Assembly: GCA_951406725.2 (NCBI GenBank)
Contig: OX597818.1
Coordinates: forward strand, 95,790,001-95,854,000
Direction of reading: 5' to 3'
Length of the DNA stretch: 64,000 nucleotides
DNA from: Octopus vulgaris
Taxonomy: Eukaryota
Shown here: positions 53,891 through 64,000 of the stretch, one piece after another
How the letters are laid out: the number at the start of each line of letters is the position of its first letter
Position numbering within the stretch: the first letter of the stretch is position 1
Position numbers and translations under genes: made by a program
The notes under the pieces: model-generated
What the model was told of the DNA's origin: nothing
The model's input: the letters and a program-made list of their open reading frames with translations, nothing else
Database searches by the model: none

Positions 53891-54836
53891 AAAATCGACA
53901 AACAGGGGAGAAGCACTGCAAAACAAAGACGCACCATGTAACAGTATGACTTAACCACTGGTCGGCAGACTGATGTATTGGGAAGTTTGACATGTCCAAA
54001 ACTTACTGTATGTTATGACAGTGCTAACTTAGGTGTTATGGATGTTGCAGCACTGGGAGCCAGAATCCAATTCAACTTGTTAACACAATTCTGCCACATT
54101 TATTGATGGATGGCAGTGGTGGCTCACTTCTTCAGTACACAATCTGGATTTGGATTTTGTATATATACAAAGACAAAAATAGATAGACAAAAATTAATAG
54201 GCATCTTATTTCCAAATTGTGTAATTTTTCTTTTTTCTTTTCTTTTTCAAGTATATAGCTGTATTGTGATGAAATGAAATCTTATTCATTCTGTTTGTGA
54301 AACAATGAGCTATCTCATAGTTTAAAAACTCTTAACAAGTGATTATTTAGCTTTAGGCCTACCCCCATTCACCAGACTTATGATCAAAGATTCTCTTATG
54401 ACCCACCACTTTTCAGATGCATTGTATCTCACTTCACTATCCAAGGTGTTCTTTCTTGTTGTTGTTGTTATCATTGTTGATGATGTTATTGCTGTTTATC
54501 TCCAGTTTAACCCTGATCTATCAGATCATGGATCAAGGATATTTCACTCATGGTCATCTAATGTTTTAGTCAAGCATGAAACTGGAAGAGATTATCACAA
54601 ATTTTCATTCTCTTTTTAGATGGTATTTGAATGAGATTTTTACTAATATTCAAGGAAGTCAAAACACTTGAAACCTAAGCATATTAGATGACATAAACAG
54701 TTTTAGTAGTACATAAAAAAATCTGACAGAAAATTATTTTCATATGTACTGCCGATTAAAAATACATTAGTCATATTTTTAATAGGATTAGATTTTAAAA
54801 GCATGAAACATTTATGCATATATGTGTATATTGTAT

Positions 54837-54905
<69 letters not shown>

Positions 54906-55177
54906 TGAGTGTGTGTGAGTGTGAGTGAGTGTGTTTGTGAAGCAGAATGTATATATAATCTCTTATTCTTTCACTAGTTGCAGTCATTGGACTCTAGTCT
55001 TGCTTGGGTACAACCATTAAGGGTTCTTAAACTGATTATATTGACCCCAATACTTACTTCAGTGAAGTACTTAATTTGACACCATTTGAAAATAAACAAC
55101 AACAGGGATTGTTCTACACTGATGTAAACTATCTCTCTCTCTCTATATATATATAGTATCATCAAATTATGGTCTAG

Positions 55178-55294
55178 GTTATGAAAGTTACTGAAAGAGT
55201 TATAGCATAATTGATCAGGAAGAGAATTAGTTTAAATAACATGCAATTTGATTTTATACCAAGAAGAGGTACTATCAATGCTTTCTCTCTAGTG
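55178..55294 (+). pseudogene. RTE-type reverse transcriptase fragment
   Basis: VMKVTERVIA*LIRKRISLNNMQFDFIPRRGTINAFSLV resembles QFGF.PGRGTTDAIF. Confidence 0.7.
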
Positions 55295-55887
55295 ATGTTC
55301 TTCCTATCACCAAACATTTCACACCACGAAATGGATGCATTTAAATCATGTCACTAACACTACAGAAGACGTATAAAGCAGAAGTTTTCTTCTCCAGACT
55401 GTATCTGATCTCTGACTGAAATTCAGTTTCAGAGTTTCTTAGATGGGTTGCATTTGCTCTAGCTTCTGGAACACATGTTGCCATCATGCAACAGATTACC
55501 TTTACTATGGCTATGAAACCACATCATTTAGATATCATCATCAATATTGTTGTCATTGTTATTATTGTCATTGTTGTTGCCATCGTTGTTGTCTTCATTG
55601 TCATCATTGTTATCATCATCATTATGAACATGATTTAATGTCTGTTTCTTATACTGGCATGAGTTGGATGGTTTGACAGGAACTGGCAAGAAAATGGACT
55701 GCACCAAAGTCTCCCTCAATACTACTCCCCACTCAGTTGCGGAGGCTTGCCTTGCAAGTAATTTGAGTTCTTTGCTGGTACTGGTGTCATGCAAAGGTAT
55801 TCATTCAGTATTCATTCACTCTGTAAACATGTTGGTGTCAGGAAGGGCAACCAGCCATAGAAACCATGTCAAAGCAAACAATATGTA

Positions 55888-55925
<38 letters not shown>

Positions 55926-56970
55926 GACAATTTTCAGTTGGCCCAGCAATATTGATTTAATTGGATTTGTTGAATCAAAGCAATTGAAAAGGTGATTCAA
56001 ATTGTTTTATTTCTCAATCAGGAGTGAGGGCCAGGGCCTCCAAATCTAGTGGGAGGGAGAGGAAAATATCTTCAAAGTGGAGATCTCACCTGAATATTTA
56101 CAACAGAGTAGACTGCTAAATGCATCCAAGTTACCAGATGGTAATCTTAAACTAGGTGAAGGATTAAGTCTTCAATTGAAGTGAGGCACAGTGGGATTTG
56201 AACCCAGAATACAAAGAGTCAGAATTAATACAGTAAGACACCTTGCCAAACATGCTAACATTTACTACAGTCCACCACCTTAGAACTGGTACTTCATTTA
56301 CTGATATGAAAGGCTGAGAGGGAAAGTTGACCTTGGATGGATTTGAACTCAAGATTCAAGCTACTGCAATAAATTCTACATGTTATTTCCTCTGTCACTT
56401 TAACAACTCTTCAAATTTACTGCTTTATAGGCGAGTGCTATAAACATGCACAAAACATATTTACAAGCATAGGACCTAAATTACTTTGTACATTTTTACA
56501 AAAATTTCCTTTGGTGATAGGATTTATTCAAAATACTTAACAAATTTACATAGTTAATCTAAATGAATTTTTTTTTATAATTAGTAACTTTTACCAACCT
56601 GTTTTGAAGTGCTTAGCAGTATACAATTTTTACCATCAGGGACTGAACCTCACATCCTCCTCCACCGCCACCACCACCACCACCAGCAGAGAAAAAAAAT
56701 ACAAATGGGAAAAGATGATTCTATGTAAAATTTCAGTTATTGAAGTACAAAACTATAATCTAGACATTGGAACATAGATACATACATTCACTTTTATGTT
56801 TTAAGATTTAAAATAAATGTTTTTATATTTCATGAAAACAATAAACATTGACAGAACAAAGAATTCACTACATGCATAGAATTTAATATTTATTTTAATG
56901 TTTGATTATGTTATGAGTGGCAAAACTTCAAAGTCACCTTCAACAAATTGTATGTGTAAATGTGTGTGTG

Positions 56971-57063
<93 letters not shown>

Positions 57064-57070
57064 ATGTGTT

Positions 57071-57144
<74 letters not shown>

Positions 57145-57148
57145 TTTT

Positions 57149-57405
57149 ATAAGCTTAATGCTTATAAGTGATCACTGTGCATTACCTAGGGTAAATATTC
57201 TAATATTGGGGCATATAAGCCTTCGATGGTAGAAAGTAGATTTTGCCATATGCATGGGATTCAACCCTATTTTATTCTGTTGAGGGCTTATGTGCCCCAA
57301 TATTAGACTGTTTACCTTAGTCAATGCACAGTGATTGCTTATAGGCTTTAAGCTTATATAATATTATTATTATTATTTACAGATTGTAAAATCTGGCACT
57401 GCTTA

Positions 57406-57409
<4 letters not shown>
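57149..57409 (+). repeat. Diverged fold-back element with short tail between (TA)n tracts
   Basis: 57149-57229 versus 57277-57358 are imperfect reverse complements. Tail of about 50 bp. Confidence 0.8.
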
Positions 57410-57438
<29 letters not shown>

Positions 57439-57441
<3 letters not shown>

Positions 57442-58110
57442 TGTGCAATGGGTAAATTGTCACCATTTTATATTTTTAATTTTGTGCATGTGCTATGTTT
57501 GTTTTTGATTTTGTCAACTACACAGTATAGTAGGGTAAGTTGGGCACTGTCTGTGAGAAAAACAGCACCATGACAACATTTACTCTGCTAGAAATTTGGA
57601 AATGACACACTGTACTGCTTGGAATTTGTGCCAGAAGCTCCACTACAAACATTTCAGAATGTTTGTGTGTCAATCTAAGGACAGTGCAATCTCAGTGTAC
57701 TGAGAGTGATAAAAAATGAAACATCCAGACAACATCGTGGTGTTTGGAGTGATCACTAGTGATGGTAATGTTATGCCTCCATTCATCTTCCCACACAGCC
57801 TCAGACTCAACATGGAGGCATACATCAAGTTCCTGGAGGAGGTAGTACTACCCTGGGTGAAGAGGGTAGCTGCTGGAAGACCCTATGTTTGGCAGCAGGA
57901 CTCTGCACCATGCCACACAAGCAGGAGAACCCAGTCATGTTTCTTAGACAATTTCTGCAACCACATCACCCCTAACAGCTGTCCACCTAACTCCCCAGAC
58001 TAACCCCCTTAATTATTATGCATGGAGCACAAAAACTCCTTGTAACACCAAAGATGGACTGAAGGCAAGGATTATGGAAGCATTCACCAACTTAAACAAG
58101 GAAACCATCC
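57439..58110 (+). pseudogene. Tc1/mariner-superfamily transposase remnant, DD37D (maT-like) spacing
   Basis: ORF 57716..58003 has WQQDSAPCH...PPNSPD, then frameshifted NPLNYYAW. Restoring the frame puts 37 residues between the second and third catalytic positions. Confidence 0.8.
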
Positions 58111-58482
58111 ACACACACACACTCCCATATATATACACATACATAAAGATATATATTCACACACTCACACACACAGATACATACATGCTCGTATATAAAA
58201 TATATGTATGTATACGCATGTTTATGGATTTGTGTCTTTCCATCTGTATCTTGACATTGTTTGCATGTTTAAAGTGTTAAAACAATGTCACTGTGTTAAT
58301 GTTTGTATCCACCTAAAAATATGTCTGGTCATTATGCAGTTTAGTATGTAAAAGGACAGTGGAATAATTTCCTTAATAAGCAATTAGGGTTGATAATAGA
58401 ATAAGCATCCATTTGTAGAATACTTCCTCAACAAAGTTCTTTCCAGTACATGCCGGCATGGAGAAAGTTGACATAAAACACA

Positions 58483-58546
<64 letters not shown>

Positions 58547-58590
58547 ATACACATACTCATACATGTATATATATATACACACACACACAC

Positions 58591-58632
<42 letters not shown>

Positions 58633-59003
58633 GTACATGTATGTATGTGTGTATGTATGTATGTATGTATGTATGTATGTATGTTTGTTCTATGTAAGAG
58701 AATAAATTACTCAACATCTGGTTAGTAGTGTTTATAATAGTACAATGTAATACAACTGATAGGATACATTACAAATTGTCCTATGAGATTATGTCATATT
58801 TGCACAATTCACTCGTCAGGTGCACAAACAACCTACGACTGTTTTAGATTTTGTTTATCATTTTCTTAAGTTTATACGTTAAATTTAGTATATTTCAGGA
58901 AACAATGCGTACTGTAACTTTTGTAACACACACACACACACACACATACACACAGACACACATGCGTGCATGCACACATACATATATGTATGCGTGTGTG
59001 TAG

Positions 59004-59058
<55 letters not shown>

Positions 59059-59085
59059 AAGAGAGCTAGCTAGCTAGCTAGCTAG

Positions 59086-59123
<38 letters not shown>

Positions 59124-59916
59124 TAACTTGATTAAACCAACACTGTTTCATTCTTGAGTCTGTTAAAGTAAGAGAAAATAATTTAGGTTTTTGAGTTGTG
59201 TTGTGATGTTGGAAAGCCTGTGAGTGGACACAACAAATTCAAAGCCAGTAGTTTGTAGTGTGTATCACAAAACTCAGTAGTAACAAGGAAGTAGCATCAT
59301 TTAGTACTCTGAGCAACAAGATCTAAAAAGTTTATGGTTCATAATTTTTACTTAAGAACTCGAGAGCATAGACAATGAGGCATGTTATCTAAATGATGTA
59401 ATTAGTGGTAGCAGAAAAGATAGTTATAGCATATTGGATAGGGCTTGAGGGATTTGGATTAAGTTTCAAGAGATGAGAAATGGAAAAAAAAATTGGAAAT
59501 GCTTTTTCAGTCTGAACAAGAGACATTTTATACAAGGCACATTTAATAAATGTTATGTTCTAAAACAGTGAAACATGAAAAGTGAATGTGAATATTGAAG
59601 AATACATTAATAGTTGTCTACTGGCAATATAGGAATGAATGAACACAAGTAGGTTAAAAGAATAACTAAGTCATCTAAGGAATTATTTACTGTTTATCAA
59701 TGAAAAAATATATGTTGGTAAAAGTTAAGTAATCTAAAAAAAATGACGACACATGATTGGTAGTAAAGTGTGTTTATTAATGAATGATGTTGAATGACAT
59801 TAGAAATAGATGACAAATTAGGATAAAGTAGTTGGGTCAGACCTAAGGATGCTAGGCTTCTTAGAAGAGATGATAAATATTTAGGGTGCTTAAAAAATGC
59901 ATGGGTAATCTGTTCA

Positions 59917-59997
<81 letters not shown>

Positions 59998-61958
59998 TGT
60001 GTGTGTGTGAGTATGTGTGTGTGTGTGTGTATACACACACCATGGGGATATAAACTTGAAATGACGATGATGAATATGTATGTATATGTGTTTTATATGT
60101 ATATATATATATATATATCATTGTACACACACACACACATATATATATGCATATAACTATGTACACATATTCATAAGCTACCCATTTATAAATCTATATG
60201 GATGTTTATAGAGATTGAGAGGGATATATTAAAAGTGACAGATAGAAGGGTACATACACACACACACAGAGACATATTCTCACACACATATATAGATGTG
60301 TATTCAATATATTTGCATATTCAATATATGTGTAATTATTGAATACTTCAGCAGAACTTGCAGGGTTAGCTACCATCATAAATCCCATCAAAACACCAAC
60401 AATAATACCACCACCATAACGTCCAGCACCACATGTAGTAGCACCAAAACCATCACTACCACAACAAGCAGCAGCATAAGCATCATCACAAACTATCACC
60501 ATTATCAGTGCCACTATTACTACTACCACTATTACTCTACCATCACCACTACAATTACTGTGTTATATCAATAAAAGTGCAATAAAGTTTATGGCTCTGA
60601 CTATTGATTCACGGGTTGATTGCTATCTTTGTATGAGCATTATAAGTATGTATGTATGTGTAAGTGTGTATGCGTATATATGAATATGTATATATATGTG
60701 TGTATATATGTTTATGTATATGTGTATATGTGTGCATATATGTATGTATGTATGTGATTGTATATGTATCTATATATTTATGTACATATATATTCATAAT
60801 GTGGACTGTGTAAACATATATATTGCTGTTTGTATATATTAACATATTAACATACATGTGTATACATGCAAAATCCAAAACAAAAACATAATAGACCTAC
60901 TTTTACTCTCATACACACATGAATGCAGATGCATACCATTTACAGCATACACACACACACATATATATATATATTTGTATCATTGTGTAGGTTTAATATA
61001 TGTGTATATTGTGAATGGTATGCATCTACTTTCATATGTGTATGAAAGTGAAAGTAGGTCTAATATATATATATATATATACACACACACCTACATACAA
61101 CTATTATATTTCATGCATCAGTAAACACATGCATAAGCCCTCACACACACATACAAACATATATATTCACATAAAAACATCATACAAATGTTAAATTCAT
61201 ACATACACACATATATACATTCATACATTCTTTATACATACATGCATGCATACATACACACATGCAAGCATGCATGCAAACATACATATATGCTTACATA
61301 TAACTGAAATGCCGAGGAATATAGATATGTAAGTATAAAACAATTGCTGTCTTCCTATTGATATATCTCCCGCAGTCTTTATTGCCTTCAGTAGCAGAAT
61401 CACTATTGGTTCCTTCTCACTGCAGTAATACACTTCACCACTCCATACCACCTCTAACAACATACCACACTATCATATCCTTGACCTGTGTGTTGCCCTG
61501 AAATATAATTACACATACATGTAAATGTATACACTTATGTGTATGTGTGTAGGTATATAAATTTATATATATGTACACATAGCTAGATAGAGAGAGAGAC
61601 TGACAAACAAACAGACAAATTGATAGATAGATAGATAGATAGATAGATATAGATACACACACACACACACACATGTATATATCTGTGTTTACACACACTG
61701 TCACACACATATATATATGTATAAACTTGCACACGCACATACACACACATACTTATAAATACATATACATACATGTTTTTTAAGTATATGTGTGTGGGCG
61801 TGTGAAAATATGTATGTGTGTGTACATGTAAGAACAAGTAGAAATACCTATTTACAACACTCCCACACATTATATGATAGATAATGTTTGTATAAAATGT
61901 TTTCCAGTATATGTACATATAATCCATACACACACACACATACACATATGTATGCATT

Positions 61959-62045
<87 letters not shown>

Positions 62046-62545
62046 TTTCTTATACAAATGTGTGTGTGTATAAATATGTGAATGTATGTATGACTGCATT
62101 TGGTAGAGAGCAGAAGTGTACTGCACACATGCACACACACACACACACACACACAAAATGTGTATAGGTGTGTGTTCATGTCTGATTCAACATCACAAGT
62201 TAAAAAAAAATGATGTGGTGTCAAAAAGGTAATTTAGTCATTTGATAAAAATATAGATCAATAAAATAAGCACGAGACTGAAACAAATACTGGGATTGGT
62301 ATGAGCAACTAATTTCTTGAAGGTGGTACTCCAGCATAGTCACAGCGCAATGATTAAATGATTGAAATCAGCAAAAGAATAAAAGAAGATATCTATGTAT
62401 CTATCTATGTATCTATCTATGTATGTATCTATCTACACACACACACACACATATATATATAAAAAATATATATATATATATATATATATATGCATACACC
62501 TATATATATATGTACATACATGTGTATATGAATGTGTATGTGTGT

Positions 62546-62577
<32 letters not shown>

Positions 62578-62740
62578 ATTTGCTTGTGTGGCTATGTGGC
62601 TAAGAAGCTTACTTCTCAACCATGCGGTCTTAGATTTAGTCCCACTGCATGGCACTGTGGGTAAGTGTTTTCTACTATAGCCTTGGGTCAATGAAAGCCT
62701 TATGAGTTGATTTCATTAATGAAAATTGAAAGATGCAAGT

Positions 62741-62799
<59 letters not shown>

Positions 62800-63153
62800 G
62801 TATATATGTGTTTGTGTTTGTTCGTACTTTTATCTAGACACCACGTGATTGTTGTAAATGAGCATCATTTATCATGATGATGATGAGGATGATCATCATC
62901 ATCATCAACATCATACAAATGATGTTTCTTTCCAGTTTTCTGTTGTAAATATGCCCAACTATGAAGAATCATTATCTTGCTTGGAAACAAGTGAGGGTTG
63001 GTAACGGGAAGGGCATCTGATTGTAGAATATCTGCTTTAGCAAATTCTTTCTGACCTATGCAAGCATCAAAAAGTGGATTTTAACTGATGTTGTTGCTGA
63101 TGATGATGATAATAATGATGATAGTGATGACAGACACCCTGCCACACACACAA

Positions 63154-63195
<42 letters not shown>

Positions 63196-63542
63196 AGCAC
63201 ATTACATAAAAATTTGACATTTTACTCAGTTTCACCTTAGGCTAGGCTGTCCATGTTTGTTGAGCACATCAAGGGATTTGCAATTTTTATGAGCTTAGGT
63301 GGATGCTAGTTGTCTTTCGGTGGCTAGGATTATCAGTATCTTTATCTTTAATACTAGTTTAAACATGTAGGGACAATATTTGAATTCATTGCTAAAAATG
63401 TATGTGTGGTAGAGACACTCCCACTATCTTAGGATTTAACTGAATTTTTTTTTAAATGTCGGTTAAAATTTTAGGATTGATTTTTGCTCTGGTGTAAATT
63501 CAGGGTGGTTGATTCAGTTGAAGGAACAAAGAAATGTAGATG

Positions 63543-63574
<32 letters not shown>

Positions 63575-64000
63575 CCATCATCACCATCATCACCACCACC
63601 AGCACCAGCACCACCACCACCACCAGATTCAGTCATGTTGCAGATCTGCATGGTTGAAGCATAGGTGACAGGTGAAAGTTGTAACTTACTGTGAACTTCC
63701 AGCTGGTTAAGTCTGCACATATCATGATCCCTCAATTGCCTTCAGATTTCCAGTAGGTGGAATGACCAGTGAGGTCACCATAAAGATACATCTGTGCACC
63801 ATTGGATTATTGTGATAAATACTTGTAGAATATGTGTAACACTCTCTGCATCTCCATGATTAGTAACTAGTGACAGGCTGAAGCAAGATGAGTTTAACCT
63901 GCATCCAGTAGTGGGGCTCTAGTTTGGGAGTTCCAGGGTCTTGAGAAGTATAGAACCATCTCTTATTCGTTATTGCTTCCAGGTCCACTCTAACCTGGAG

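Overview
Eukaryotic, very microsatellite-rich ((TA)n, (CA)n, (TATC)n, (TACA)n, (CAT)n, (AAT)n) intergenic/intronic DNA. The repeat landscape suggests an octopus or other coleoid cephalopod; this is inference, not a database result. Almost all ORF-track entries are simple-repeat artefacts. The real coding remnants are all transposon-derived: a 5'-truncated Penelope-like element (PLE) with RT and GIY-YIG (45941-48640), two more PLE endonuclease fragments of different type (25863-26330, not in the ORF track; 13014-13165), an L1/Tx1 3' fragment with a 9-bp TSD, and RTE, CRE-like, Gypsy protease, Tigger/pogo, mariner and maT remnants. There are also two non-autonomous Helitrons and many tRNA-derived SINEs. 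The most striking structure is a set of mutually unrelated, short, ORF-less fold-back elements lying in (TA)n tracts. They carry type I hammerhead ribozyme motifs, some canonical and some with variant cores (CUGUNGA in four copies; a possible A3:U8 covariant). Several (TA)n-centred inverted duplications also occur. A CpG-retaining central domain (about 19-44 kb) lies between two CpG-depleted domains and contains candidate first exons of divergently oriented host genes.
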